Source of the DNA: Balanoglossus misakiensis
Lineage: Eukaryota > Animalia > Hemichordata
Direction: 5' to 3'
Assembly (NCBI GenBank): GCA_040954595.2
Contig: CM082595.2
Location: 4,428,137-4,492,136, forward strand
DNA: 64,000 nucleotides
Part shown: positions 26,601 to 39,500 of the stretch, piece after piece
Layout: each line of letters opens with the position of its first letter
How positions within the stretch are numbered: the stretch's first letter is position 1
Notes under the pieces: generated by a model
Database searches by the model: none
Told to the model about the DNA's origin: nothing
Seen by the model: only the letters and a program-made list of their open reading frames with translations
Position numbers and translations under genes: made by a program

Positions 26601-29383
26601 GTCACATGACGTGTTTGGGTCAATTCACAATTCTATTTTTCTTAGATTCAGGTAACACTAGTACCCAAACCATCACAGTCTGATAGGCATTTATAAGTGA
26701 TTTTTTTTTTCAGCTATGGATGACATTTCCTGTCTGTATCTGTTTACCATAACTGTACAGCCAAATACAGACAAAATGGCACCATGTTAACCTGGGCAAC
26801 AGTTAACTACGTAAACAAGAATGCATTCATGTAACAGAATACCAGCAAGCGGTAGCTGCACTTGTTCAAGATAGCAAGTGTCCCCCCCCCCCCCCTCCTC
26901 TCAGTAAGGAAATATTTTATTGCCTATCAACGCAACGCTGTACATAAGTAAAACAAAAACTGGTCAAATCACTCTCCATATTTTGAATATTGAGGCCAAC
27001 TTTTTTCAAATAACATCCAAAGTTTCACATCTCTATTAATGGGCAACATTAATTTGTTTAATTAAAGCCATCATAATATGGGTCCCAGTTACCTCTACTT
27101 TGATCCAGCGAGTTATTCATTAAAATATTTCAATTTCACCATGGCATTCGTAACTATGCCTGTGAACGTGGTGTTTAATCAAGCACTTCAACCTCAAAGT
27201 CACATTGAAATAGGGCAGATCCAATAAATTTTCAGGTGATAAAAAACAATTTTGGATTGGCAATTTGCCAACTGGCATAAATTTAGGTAGTATTGAATGT
27301 GTAGCATTATTCGATCCAGAGTTCTATATTTCCATTTCTGATAAATAACAGAAATTTATTTGGGTTTTAAATTTTACTGAAATCACTGGCTCTGGTGACA
27401 ATGCTGAAGATTGTGTGATTTTTTTTTAAACTTATCGCATCGCGGTTGTCTGAGTTTGTGACCTGTACTTTTTCATCAGGGCAGGGCGAGTGCAAACTGT
27501 TTGTCAAGCGGGTCGCACTTTTTATCAGCTGTCGTCGCGACCGAGTTGACCGTCTGACACTAAAATGCCAGCAGCGAGTTGTTTGAATGTTTGCTTTGGT
27601 GGGGAGGGGGGGGGCAACAAATACGGTATGCGCAGATAGCGGATTGAAACGCACACAGACGCGTAGACGCGCGCAGAAAATGTACATGGCCTGGCGGATT
27701 GAAACGCACACACGCAGACGCGCACTGAAATGTACATGGCCTGGCGGATTGAAACGCACACAGACGCTGCAAGATACATGATCCGCTAAATGAAAGATAA
27801 CTTTGGAGGGCAAATGACCACAACATGAGAACGAAACACACTGTAACATGTGAAATACTTTCTTCAAATATATATCCTAACTTTTAAATTGAAGAATGCA
27901 ATTATATAACTGCACAGCGGACATCGGCGACACAATATATTTTGCATATTTCGACTGCGCTGTAGGTTACGCATTTGAACCGCTTGGATTTCAAACTCGC
28001 CACATTCCGCTAGCAGGAAACGCAGGCAGACAGATTTAGCTTAGCCGTTTTATTTTAATTAAGTCCTCGAATGCCGGAATACGGAATAAGGCATTTCCAG
28101 CTTGGCCTTGTGTGGTTCCAAAGGCATCGATTGTCTGCAGTCAATGTAGGTGTGAATTGGTCACTGGTCATTGTAGGTGGATATGCCTCTGACCTTTCCC
28201 ATAAGTAAAAGACAATAGGCTGCAGCCTTCATTGACAATACTTAGAAAACGGATTTGAATAGACCAGTTCACACTTAAAACTGTGAACTGTAAAAAAAAT
28301 CATTAGAATAGAAGTCCAGATGGCGAATCATGCAAGTACGATAGTCAGTAGTCTGCTAAATTTTGCCGGGTGTTTCAGTGGATAGGCAACTTCCGGCTGA
28401 TGTTTCAAAGTTCGGTGCGTTTATATTTATCAGCAGAATGCGAGTACTAAAATAACGTAATGGCTCACCAGTTTACGCTTGTATCTCCCCATGAAGTCAA
28501 ACTTCGCCTTCATTTCCTCGAGGGGTTCTTGGTATTTCTCGATGTCTTGATCCTTGGCAAGGAGTAGGTAGCTTCGCCAGTTCGCCGAATCAAAACCCCA
28601 GTGACAAGTGCGGTTTTCCGACGCCTTGTGCGCGTGGCATACGAAGCGTTGCGGGGTAAAAAGTCCGTGGCAACTGACGCACTCGATGCACTTAGACTGG
28701 GAAGAGGTGTATAATTCAGGGCAGAAGACCCCTTTACATTTGCCGAAACACTCGTGGTACACTTTGAAACTCTTCTCGGAGAACGTCGACTTCTCCACCG
28801 GTTTCTCGGTGATTTCGTGCAGCAGTTTGTTGCACAGGCGCTCCGCGTCGGTCTTGGTGATGAGGCCGCACGACGGGGCGCTGAACGGCAAGATGCCCAT
28901 GATTTTCAGAATTTCCAGCTGCTCCGGGTTACATCGCGAACAATAAATGTGGAGATCGTCACATACTGAATTGATCTGCTGAAGACTGAAGTCCCTAAGA
29001 ACGCTGTTGAGAATCTGGGGCAGGCATAGTCGCTTCTCCCCGCCGACTATGAAACAGGAGATTGTCTCGCCTTCAAGGATAGTCTCGCTCCGTTCACTTC
29101 GCGATTGATCCAAGGGCGTGAACACTGGAATTTGCTGTATTGGGAAAGGTGGCGGGTGATACACAACGTCCTCTAAATACTTATCTGGGCTCGCCTTTTT
29201 CATGTCCAGTTTAACTTTCTTGAGCGACTCCTCTTCGGGCGAGCTCGGCGTTTGCGGGTGTGTTTCCACCCAACGTGCTGGAAACCCGCTCGGTCCTTGG
29301 AGCGTACTCATCGCGACGGTCTGGTAATTTTTCAACACCTTTTTCAGAGATGGGCTAAACACCTGGGGTTGGATTTGATCCAT
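5150..29383 (-). CDS. SKI: Ski proto-oncogene (Ski/SnoN family Smad co-repressor), full gene model join(29383-28469, 8241-7991, 7154-7062, 6730-6540, 6227-6013, 5608-5150); 2124 nt, 707 aa
   Basis: All five introns are GT-AG and junction phases match (0,2,2,1,0). The protein has the N-terminal R-Smad-binding motif, Dachshund-homology domain, SAND-like Smad4-binding domain, [18 protein letters not shown] and a C-terminal coiled coil close to vertebrate SKI as recalled. Confidence 0.95.
6013..6227 (-). CDS. SKI: Ski coding exon 5 (start of coiled coil)
   Basis: Acceptor catacag, LEQELDLVK...[32 protein letters not shown], donor CAG|GTGAAA; 215 nt, phase 1 to 0. Confidence 0.92.
6540..6730 (-). 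CDS. SKI: Ski coding exon 4
   Basis: Acceptor gtgttgacag, [14 protein letters not shown] then an acidic linker, donor G|GTGGGT; 191 nt, phase 2 to 1. Confidence 0.88.
6883..6975 (+). mobile_element. piggyBac-like MITE (~90 bp), copy A
   Basis: (A)TAA-CCCTTTCACC...GGTGAAAGGG-TTAA: terminal inverted repeats starting CCC with a TTAA-type flank. Confidence 0.75.
7062..7154 (-). CDS. SKI: Ski coding exon 3 (93 nt, symmetric phase 2-2; this frame is not shown in the ORF track)
   Basis: Strong pyrimidine tract ctctctctttcttcttctag, translation [30 protein letters not shown], donor AG|GTAATT. Resembles the YL..GPPVLL.P.RV.P segment I recall preceding FQPNVALAP in invertebrate Ski. Confidence 0.88.
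7892..7978 (-). mobile_element. piggyBac-like MITE copy B, inverted relative to copy A
   Basis: TCCCTCTTT.AGAGGTCCAA...ACCATGGTGGTGAAAGGGG-TTAA aligns to the reverse complement of copy A. Confidence 0.7.
7991..8241 (-). CDS. SKI: Ski coding exon 2
   Basis: Acceptor ttgttacag, translation SPLEDV...[12 protein letters not shown], donor GG|GTAAGT; 251 nt, phase 0 to 2. Confidence 0.92.
8437..8528 (-). mobile_element. piggyBac-like MITE copy C, inverted relative to copy A
   Basis: Aligns end to end with the reverse complement of copy A at roughly 80% by eye. Confidence 0.7.
9245..9323 (+). mobile_element. Dispersed repeat terminus (TTAA-AG start, possibly Kolobok-type non-autonomous element)
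   Basis: The same ~80 bp recurs inverted at 44722-44799 and 58603-58675. Confidence 0.65.
15899..15961 (+). mobile_element. Partial copy of the same piggyBac-like MITE (other fragments near 3457 and 32545)
   Basis: TTAACCTTTCCACAACCATGGTTTGGTCCAAA matches the copy A left end. Confidence 0.55.
16462..16549. mobile_element. Short hairpin MITE-like element with perfect 24-bp inverted arms
   Basis: ACTAGTCTAGAATCCAGACTCCTG (16462-16485) and its exact reverse complement (16526-16549), 40-nt spacer. Confidence 0.7.
24033..24196. mobile_element. Degenerate Tc1/mariner-pogo-like MITE
   Basis: Termini AGTCAAACCT...AGGTTTGA with internal repeated GGCCAC/CCTGTCT submotifs. Confidence 0.5.
27639..27767. 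repeat. Minisatellite, 50-55-bp unit, about 2.5 copies, in Ski intron 1
   Basis: GCGGATTGAAACGCACACA at 27639, 27694 and 27744; AAATGTACATGGCCTG twice. Confidence 0.9.
28469..29383 (-). CDS. SKI: Ski coding exon 1 (R-Smad-binding N-terminus, DHD/Ski-Sno domain, SAND-like Smad4-binding domain)
   Basis: MDQIQ...[83 protein letters not shown]. Donor CTG|GTGAGC at 28468, phase 0. Confidence 0.97.
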
Positions 29384-30130
29384 CCTAACCCGGAACCGGC
29401 CCTGGATTGTCCAAAATCGCGTTTTCGTCTCCCGATCGCGCAGAAAACTGTAGGAACTGACCAGACACAGTTAGCATTGAACGCACACGACGAATATGGA
29501 ATATCTGTCTGTGCGTCTGACGCAGCAATTTAAATATACAATGTTGGCTAGACTGGCTCTTCCGTCTACTACCACCACCCCCGCCCGTCGTCTGCACATC
29601 CAGACATACAACTGCAAACCAACCGGGGGAAACTTGCGGTAGTGAACTTGATCTTCGACCGGCTGTTTTCCCCACACGACGGGAAGATCTGGCTTTTACA
29701 TACCGGTGACGCTCTAGTGAAATTTACAACTTTTTCGACCACGCTGAAATTGTAAACAATCCCCCACCCCCATCGGATTAGCAGCGGAACTTGTTTACGG
29801 CGATCCAGGCGGCCGGGCTATTTGCATATCACTACGTCCACTGCACTGACTGTTGTCAACAAGAGTGTTTTGACTGGTGGACCAGCATATTATTGCTTGA
29901 AAAAAGGGTCCTGGAATTCTACTCCATCAAACGAACCGTGTTTTCTATGACCGGCCAATGCCCCTTCATTTATTTTCCCGAACTGCAACGCCCTCTCCAT
30001 CGTCTCTATTCCATTTCGATTGTAGTTGATATGTTGATATCGTGAATTTGATACGATTATCTTTGATATTACATAATAAAACGTGAACTGTTTTCCCATT
30101 AGGCAACCCACGTGACATGTTGACGACCGT
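29384..30130 (-). promoter_or_regulatory. Ski 5'UTR and proximal promoter
   Basis: CpG-rich stretch upstream of the ATG, with Forkhead motifs (TGTAAACA 29751, TTGTTTAC 29791), octamer ATTTGCAT near 29820 and E-box CACGTG near 30108. TSS not determinable. Confidence 0.5.
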
Positions 30131-30434
30131 ATCTAACATTCTTTGAAGGAGGGGGTACATGCTTTATGTTAATCGTCGAGACTGTTCTGATATGAAAATA
30201 TAGATGATGGTGCCATTTTAAGTAGTCGTGCGATGTCAGGAGAATTAAAAAAAATGTCAGGAATATATCACGGATGTGCGCGCACTGCTTATCAATTAGG
30301 ACATACTGGTATATTGCGGATTGAATTTTGTAGACTCATCTTCTGCCTTATAAAACTCTGCAATCAGTTTATTTTATAATAATTTTTTGTCTTTTTGAAT
30401 GGAATCGAAGACATTGGGTCGGTGCTATTGTCGT

Positions 30435-30438
<4 letters not shown>

Positions 30439-30501
<63 letters not shown>

Positions 30502-30519
30502 GGTGGTGGTGATGGTGGT
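30439..30519. repeat. Compound microsatellite (GAT)16(GGT)8
   Basis: Read directly. Confidence 0.95.
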
Positions 30520-32189
30520 ATGTTGTTTATGAATGATTCTTTTTTTTTCCATTTTCAGAAAGTCATCATCCTGTCTGCACGGTTTGTTACGTCAGTCACG
30601 TCAGTGTGCAATCTGCATAAACCATAAATACGCCTTAATAAATATCGTTTAGACGGCAAAGATATCTGAATGTTTTTTTTTAATTTATTATGTCTATCAT
30701 TCTCATGAGTGGGAATGAAATTAACAAATAAATTCTATAGTATTACCAGTATATAGCTGCGAGTAAGCTTACGTACGAATGTATTTCGGAGAGTGTAATG
30801 GTATCGAGGGTTGTGACCCATCGACGCCCTTCCATTGTACGGTCGATGACCCTTCGGTAATACCACGTTTTGTAATGTTTTGAGGGGATCGCACTCGCCG
30901 AGTCAAATTTCTTCTGCGAAGAACTTACGCCCACCCACAACTGCCAGCAACGCCGGGAATGCGTGATTTGGCCGCGTGCCAACGCGAACAAAACCACACG
31001 GAGACGTGAAGGTTAGTGGAGGTCATCAACATCCGCAGTCTGAATGATCAATATCGCGTCACGTGGCACCGGCGGTGTGACGTCAAAGTGTGACGTACAG
31101 GAATGCGGTGATTGATATATGCGTCGGGCGTATAGAGCTGTGCGGCCCAGGTAACATGTGACTCAGGTTTGCGACGGCCGAAAAGCAGGTGGACGAGGCA
31201 AATTATCGTAATTTGAAAGACTTAAGGCACGGATCCCAGTCAAAGGAGCCGCCGCCAGTCGCAAACAATCTATCGCCGGATTATTTGAATACAGTCGGTA
31301 TACAGACGAGCGCACGATCGATTTGACATACCACTTTGTCGCCATAGCAACCGTTCACTCCAAATACCGGTAAAGCATCGCACGGAGTGCAGCCAGACAC
31401 ACATATTTATATCACTTGAGTTCAGATTTGTGTCAACACTTTTATTAAACGCCGGGTCACCAGGGGACGGACACTCCTGCGGTCAAATTATGGGCGTGCT
31501 TGCTCCTGTACTCTCAAACCTATTTTTCACAAATTTATTTTCTCAATGTCTCCGTTCTCAGTCAATTACCCGAATATCAAGTTCATAATTCAAATTCTGG
31601 ACACCGTAGGTCTGCCCGCGACGGCAAATTTCAGAATCATTTTCGGCCGTGGAATTCATTCGCCGTGCTGAAAATAATTGCGAGAACGTTTAATTTGAAG
31701 GCGGCGCAACCTTAAGGGCACAAAAACGACCAGTCTCAACATCCACTTTCAAGTTCATCTGAACGACTCTTGACTCATCTCTGTTTAATGCCTCGGAAGA
31801 TATTTGCGCGGACGTGCCGGGATAAGCGCTCGCTTTGTCGGGACAGCTTTAACTCGCGCCGCCTCGCCGCCGTAATGACCGAAACGATTGGCCGGGCATA
31901 GCCCTCTCCTCGCGGGTGATATTTTATTTAACTATTATCCTTCTGTCGGAACTGTTTTACCGTACAACGGGGATCGCCAATAAATTTAATTACCCGTTGA
32001 TTAATCGTAAACACGCACACGAACGGTATAAGACCGTTCTTTGTGTTACATGCCGTGAGGAAGGCGCGGCCGCCGAAAACAATTCTCATTTTAATAATTC
32101 AGGACAATCCTTTGTTTTATTATTAAATACAACAAATGATTCCGTCTATCAGAAAATGGATTTATATTTTGTTTCGTTAAGCGAACCGG

Positions 32190-32265
32190 GAATTTGTTTC
32201 GGGAAATTGATCGGGGAATTTGTAAGAATTTGCTTCGGGGAATTGATCAGGGAATTTGTGAGAAT
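32190..32265. repeat. 36-bp tandem duplication
   Basis: GAATTTG(T/C)TTCGGG(A/G)AATTGATC(G/A)GGGAATTTGT twice. Confidence 0.8.
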
Positions 32266-35200
32266 ACAACTGAACAAGTGGCCTGACCTACTAAAACAAG
32301 GCTTGGAAATTATTGCTTAAAATATCAAATTGCAAACTCTCCTTTGTCGCAAACATTCCCGGCGGATTGCCTCAATTTTGATCGTTATCGAATTCAGGGA
32401 AAAGTGATATAATCACCGAGCCACCGCCAGGATGGTGATAATTGACGGAAGAGCAATGATCGTCCCGGTGATTTAGGGAAATAGTATTTTCCTCCAGGTG
32501 AGGCGGGGAGGGGGATTGTGACACAGAAATGTAGAGAAGTGATTTTACCCTTTCACCACCATGGGTTGGGGTCCAACTCATGTAATTCTCTGTAAAATAT
32601 GCTACCGCTTTCCAATGGAATCCAAGACTAGAACCATCAATGTTATTTGTTGTAATGATCATTCGGGCCAGAAAGGCTCTCAAGACTTACTTTCTCGATA
32701 GTGTATGTGTTTATACATGTATAAATTTTATAACATTTGGAACAACCTGAAAATATTTTCACTTTTGTTATTTTCCGACTGAGCAGTGCATTTCATTTGC
32801 ATTTCTATTGTTTGTAAATGTCAACCGATGCATGTTTCGTACAATTATATAATTCGATATGATTATTATGAATAATTATTTTGTAAGGGATGCCACCATG
32901 ACTAATTCAGGAAGAATTTATTTTATGGTCCTTGCCAGGTTGTGTATTCTCCTTATTTTTATATCATGATATGGTCAACTATTATAATGAAATATATGAC
33001 GTACTTCAAATGACTTAAAAATCTTTGAAATGGACATCATGTACATTGTACTCAATGTACATTGTCTTGGGGTGACGTCAGTAAAGCATTTCGAAAAGAG
33101 TGAGAAGTCCCTGCCTCTTCTTCGTGTTCTACTCCAGGTTAAAGGTCATTTTTTTCAAAACAGGCTCTTCTAGAACTCATTGCAGTACATCAAGTGATTA
33201 TTTGATGGATGCTCTCGTAATCAGCTGGAATGATTATCTAATAGTAATACGCAATAGGAATATTTAACTGACCGAGTAATTTGCACAGTCATGACCTAGA
33301 TATCTGATGTAATTTGACATGGCAAACTTCCATGAATTATTTGTTATATTCTGTTTTAAGCTGATTCGCAAAGTCGTGAAACTTGGCTACTGATGCACAC
33401 GTGCAAGTATAAATAAATGAATGAACGTTTGATACGACCAGATGACGTCAGAGACTCGCCGCCGATATTTTATTCGTTCGTATTAATCTAGTGGGTGTGT
33501 GAATGCAAATGGAACAGCCTCGTAGACGACATCAGGCATTGAAAATTGATGTTTCGTTCATCGGCGAAATAATAACTCCTACCTTACGGGCGGAGACACG
33601 GAACCTGGAGATCGGACCGAGGTGGCTGCTATCAGCCGGTGTCTCCTGTCTGCAAGATTACGGAGAAACGCTGACGCCGCTTTTGTCTCCTTGGAACCTA
33701 GAAGACGGGCCCTGTACGCTCAAGGCGGTCATTAGACGTAAAACGAAACGACTTCCTCCCCGGGAGCCCAGGCCTTTCAAATTTCCAAGTGCACTCTAGC
33801 TCTCCTCGAAAAAATGTTTTATCAGCGTAGTCTGATTGATGTATACTGCTTCCCCCCCCCCCCCCCCACATTTGCAATTTTTCTCATTTGACTGAGTCTG
33901 GCGGTGCAGACAAGTTCAACAAGCATGGCGTCTGTCCTCGTGTCTGCAAATTTATCTGTCCGCTCTTCCGCGCATCAGTGTGTCTTTCTGTCTGTCTGAT
34001 CGCGAATCATCATCCAACCATTCCATACACCAATCAATCACTATACTTAGTGCGTCTACATACCTCCACCCACCGTTCATGCATGAATTCACCTGCTTGT
34101 TATGTATCTGTCGATTTATATTAATATTATCTCAGTGGTTTCATTCTCTCCTTCCCTATAAACCCCTCTACCCCCTCCCCTCCCTGACATCAGATTAGAG
34201 TATAATCACATTATTGCATAAACATTCCCGCTGCATTTGCTCAAAATGTTGCACTAACAGGAATGGGTTGTCATCGAATGAAATCCAAGCACCAAATGAT
34301 TCAATGTACACGTTGTTGGGTACAGCAATGAATCCAACAGGTTTATGTTGGTGCACAGCTGACATGCGCAGTAACATGCCCCAAATTCATCGCGCGCCAG
34401 CATCGTGGTTTCTACGAGGAGCGGTCCCGAAAGCAGAATAATCGACCAATCCCGTGAAAAAATAACCAATCCCAGAGAATATTCAAAATAGCATGCAAGC
34501 AGAGAACATCGAACAAGCCATCAAAAGTCAAAACTAGAAAAAGTTGATTAGGCCTAATGTTCACCTTTTCAGACAAAATCACAAAATTTAAACGCACTAG
34601 GCCTGAACTTTTAATTTGCCTAAACAATGATAACCAACGATACTTCCAAACAACGACCCCCAATATTTAACTATACACTATCATTCGGCATATTTTCATG
34701 TAATTAATATCATATCCTCAAGCTTACTACTAGATAACCAGGGCAGAAAATCGAGTTTCATGGCAGTGACGTTGATCAAAGTATCTGCGCAGTCTCGGCA
34801 GACTTGTGGATGCCCCACGGAGGATAATCCGGTCACATATGATACCTCACCATCAGATGGTCAAACTCTGAAGCAACGACAATTTTAGCAAAAAGACACG
34901 CGTACTATGAACCTTTGATATTTCGTCGTTACTCCGGAATTAGATGCCCCTTACCCGCACAATTCAGGCAATGCAATGCAATGCCATGGTTTCGAGTCCA
35001 TTTTTAAATCCACGCTTAAATCGGTCAACGGATATGTATGGCGCGAAAGAGGTCACAGCATAGATGGTATAAATTTGAAGTGTAGCTGGTATTATTTGAG
35101 AACCCCTCCGCAAAGCAAGCATAAATCGCGCTAAAGTAATCCCCCGTGAAATCAATATACGACATTCAATTTGATTTGTCTTCTCTGCGCCTGTAAGTGT

Positions 35201-36468
35201 ATAACAAACGGGTAGAACGGAACTGAACGACACGAGTTTTCCCGCCTCCTGAATTGTAAATACTCGAACAGTATACAGCTGTGTGCTCGGCAAACGTGTC
35301 CAGAAATCCGATGACTCTGTCAGCCGTCCGACAAGGGGCATTTGACAACTTGGAGTTGAAGACTAAACGAAAATCCATGTTGGGTTTCCATCGGACACTC
35401 GACATTGGAGTTCAAAATCGTGTGCACGACACGATAAATGTAAACGCGGGAACACTCTCCACGTTCTTCACGAAATCACGTGACGAAATCTGAACTCTTG
35501 AGCAAATAACTCCTTTTTATTAAGTTTGCTTGGCAGTTTCGTTAAAACAGGTTCAACGACACCTAGGAACGATAGATTTAGAACGAGAAGACAATTTCTC
35601 ACTGTGACTTTGATAGCCAGGGCCGCCATTTTGAATTGAGCTACGGTATGGGTACCGTCGTTGTCAAGACTACAACCGGGCAAGACGTCGACAAAAAAAG
35701 AAAAAGAAAATAACCACACCAATCCTTCTTTTATTTCGGTAATAAAAATACTTATTCAGTTGGAGTCAAGACAATCGATCGGGCCGCCAAAGGGACAGTT
35801 AACTGCGCACATAAATGAACTTTATCGCACAGGTTAGTAAATATCACAATTTTCCATGGTCTATGGTGTTTCCCCAGACCCTGTTTCTGTAGTGCCCAAC
35901 GGAAGAAGCAGAGGGGTCTAGGTAACCGAGACTAGTAACAGTTGTGAACGAAAGAGAAGTAGGGTAGACAAAATCATCACTTTAGCTTATGAACTCCCAT
36001 TTCTTAAACATGGCAAAAATCTGCCATCTTGAAATTGTGTCGGCCATATGAAATTTTCATCACTCACTTAGGTAGTTTAAAACCTATTTAAGGTAGGGAG
36101 AATTGACACTGCCATCCGGTTAGAATAGTTTGCAACGCCTTAGGGAGTCACTACGGTGTGTTCATTAACTGGAAGTTACGCAATGGCGCGGCAAAATAAT
36201 TAGTAAGCCGTGGCGTGTGTAAAACACGTTTTAACAGGCACTCGCCTATTATTCCTAGAGCTCAGACAGCTTGTTGTGTTAGTTTGCATACTCGGGTAAA
36301 TATCGGCGACCGTCCAAGACCGTACATCAAGTTGAAGTCGGGTCAAAGGTTATGCGCCCACTCGCAGCGAAACATCCTGCGTTTCTACATCCCCATTTCA
36401 TGATTAATACATTTTATAAAAAAATGTTCCGAGTCTCTCTATGTAGCGCGTGTGGAGGGTCATGGAGG

Positions 36469-36530
<62 letters not shown>
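36469..36530. repeat. (ATC)n microsatellite, about 20 units
   Basis: Read directly. Confidence 0.95.
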
Positions 36531-39500
36531 TTTGAAATTAAAACGGGTTAAAGTCCGGACTATAATTCAATTCAAAAATCAACCACATCAATGGTCGTTA
36601 AACGGCCAATGTTGACATGTGGAGACTATTGTAAGAAACTTGTTTTGTCATCTACAGACCATCTCTTACAGACCAAAACAAACAAGTCAGCTAGAGTTCC
36701 AGGTAATGCCCCATTAAACACATGACTCATCAATTCCGAGTACGGTTACGTAAGATGCCATTCAAAATGGGTAAATAATAAAATCTAAAGATACGAGTTT
36801 GAAGGCCATTAAAGTTATTCAATCGCCGGGTGTAATCTATGACCTGTCGATACGTGACGATGACGTAACCTGCGCGTGCAATTTGAATGTGTACTAGTAT
36901 GTTTATAAGAATTAATTATGCCACTGTGACGTCATATGTTCACAGAAGGTCAAATACGACGAGTCATTCTCGCCCGTGTCACCATATGTTTGCCATCAGT
37001 CGCGTCTATTTGTAAACTCTCACACAGATGTGTAACGGCAGACTCCAGTCACAAAAATGGTCTTTTCAGTACTAGAGTAAAGCAACAAAAACAAACATTG
37101 CACCAATAAATCAAGTAATTCTTGTAAATTTCGTTGTCAATCATCTTTCCAATGTGAAAGCATTGGGTCTTATTAGTATATGATTGCCTCAATCCTACAT
37201 TTGAAATAATGGCTTCGTGTCCGAACAAGCACATGTTCGCGGTCTCATCGGATATGTTGTTCGTCATCCGGGTACAAAGGCGTATTTACGCCCGCAGGTT
37301 TTGGATCCCAACGCAAATTTAAAAAAAAAAATCTTAAAGAAATAGCGAACAAAGAAATAAAAATAGACATTTTAGCGACAAATCTGGGCCTGGAGACATC
37401 CCACATTCATTCTAAATGTATGCTACCATTGTATTTAAAAGCCACGCATTTCCAGAAAGCCGGAACTTATGCATATTTTTTTGGCTTTGAACTGAGACAT
37501 TCAAATTTGAGAGTAAATTTCGCTTTCTGATAGTCAAATCTCCTTCAAAACAGTAAACAGTATTAATTAGGAAGTTTTATTTGTGTAGCAGATATTAATT
37601 TCATGGCTAATCGAAATTTGAATTTGGGAAGCGGTCTACAGTATTAATAAGCAGCCGTCCACTCAGCTCATGAGTTCAACACACACAAAAACAATGTAAT
37701 TTCATTGAGGTGAATAACTTCAAAACTCATATACAATACGAAAATGTGGAAATTTTCAACTACGGCTGGATAAGCAGAGCTTTGTGACATTGCAATGAAA
37801 TCGAAATCTTGCGCCGTCGACGATAAGCTTTTGAAACGCTCGCTGTTGAGGCTTAGTGCTTAATACCAGGGGAGTTTGGGGAATTTATTTTTAAGTTCGA
37901 TCAGCGTGCCGTTTTGTTAGGCGGATAAAAATATAACCTCTGACATTTGGCAACTGGTGTGAATATACCAGCCGAAGTAGTGATAAAGCGCAAACGAGGT
38001 TAAACTCTTCCGTCATGTGTGACAGACAGAAATATTGAGACAGACAGCGTGACAGAAGGGTGCACAGACACACACGGGCAAACACGGAGACAGGAATACA
38101 GAGATATATAGCGTCGGAGGCAGATTGGAAAGATAGGCGGCTATATGGGCAGTCGAAGTGAAACAGAAAGAACGGAGAAACGGTAAAAAGGGCGTTGGCG
38201 CTACAGAGACGGGCAGACAGACACGTAGGCCGCGCGACAAAAGTGCGCAGCCACACGACCTCATTTATTATTCTACTACATGTATAGATTTTGATCGATG
38301 GGGATAATTATGACAGCACAGTCCAACCCGTATCAGCGCTACAGTGAACATGACATCAGATCGTGAACAAAATAATTAGATGCCTGAAAGAATACTCTTG
38401 TTATCGTGCCGTTGAAGGGAACACTGCTTATTCAAGATTTCATGCCAGGCGTATAACTAGACGCAACCGCCGGATTTCTGCAAAAATAATCAGAGCGCAA
38501 AAACTGGGCTCTTTGTTGCTTTTCTACTCACTCCATACCCTAAATACTTCAAAGGCACGGAAATTCAACACTTGAAACTCAAAAGTCGTGACGGAAATCT
38601 GCTGAAGATATTGAACATAGGCCGGTGGGCGAAGCTGAACGAGATACCTAAAAGTACTTTTTGTCGAACATGACCTAAATACCACGTCTGCGCATGCTCA
38701 TATTATATTCTTTTTATAATACATGTACATTCTTCGTTGACGGCCGTAACAAAAAAAAACCGAGGCCGCTACGCACCAACCCAACTCCCATTGTATGTGT
38801 AAAATAAACATCAGACAATACTGGTCCATGTCCCCTTCTCTGTGATGAACAATGTATTTTCCCTAGATATATTTGAACAGTTTATGCTACCACTGGCAAC
38901 AAATAAAACGTCAACAGACTATACATGTATTATGCAATGAGAGCGCTCATGGCATTTTTTATATCAATCAGGCCTAATTCCTATTTTCCTGTACGCTGTG
39001 ATATGAAAAAAAATGTTAATTAATTTCAAGACCGCCGCCATTTTAATGTGGCCTTTATATACAACACTTTCGGCAAATCGAGTTCGTTTTACTTTATGTT
39101 TCCCACTAAATCAAATCCGTATTAAGTTTAATGACCAAATTTAAAAATTCTGAGAAACCGATTCCAATTTCCAGGCAGAATGAAATAAAACGAGAGCGTA
39201 CGTGTTGATTTATGTAAATCGCCACGAGGCTGTCTAGACCAACCAACCATTCCAAGAATAGTTGGCATTGGTTGACTGGTCACGTGACAACGCCCGACGG
39301 GTTTATCGATTGGCGGCTGAACTATGCAGGGGCAACGCACACGGCCCCCTAACGGACAGTCCCCTAAACGGGGACTTTCGCCCTGACGTTTGACTGCGCG
39401 TACGTGAGAATCTGGGCGTCCGAACGTGGGTATAAGCCTAATCTAGAAACAGGACGACACGACCCGAGGATATCACTGCCACACTGTCAATGAGTGTAAC

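Noticed and set aside
27639-27767. CRISPR-like look (repeat containing ATTGAAAC at regular spacing)
   Set aside because: The intervening segments are near-copies of each other, there are only three repeats, no cas genes, and the context is an animal intron.
28430-28468. ORF tail [12 protein letters not shown] after Ski exon 1 as a truncated isoform
   Set aside because: Read-through past a consensus donor into intron 1, with no evidence of intronic polyadenylation.
30364-30552. Poly-Thr/Ile ORF (and poly-Ile and poly-Met ORFs at 36352 and 40037)
   Set aside because: Translations of trinucleotide microsatellites.
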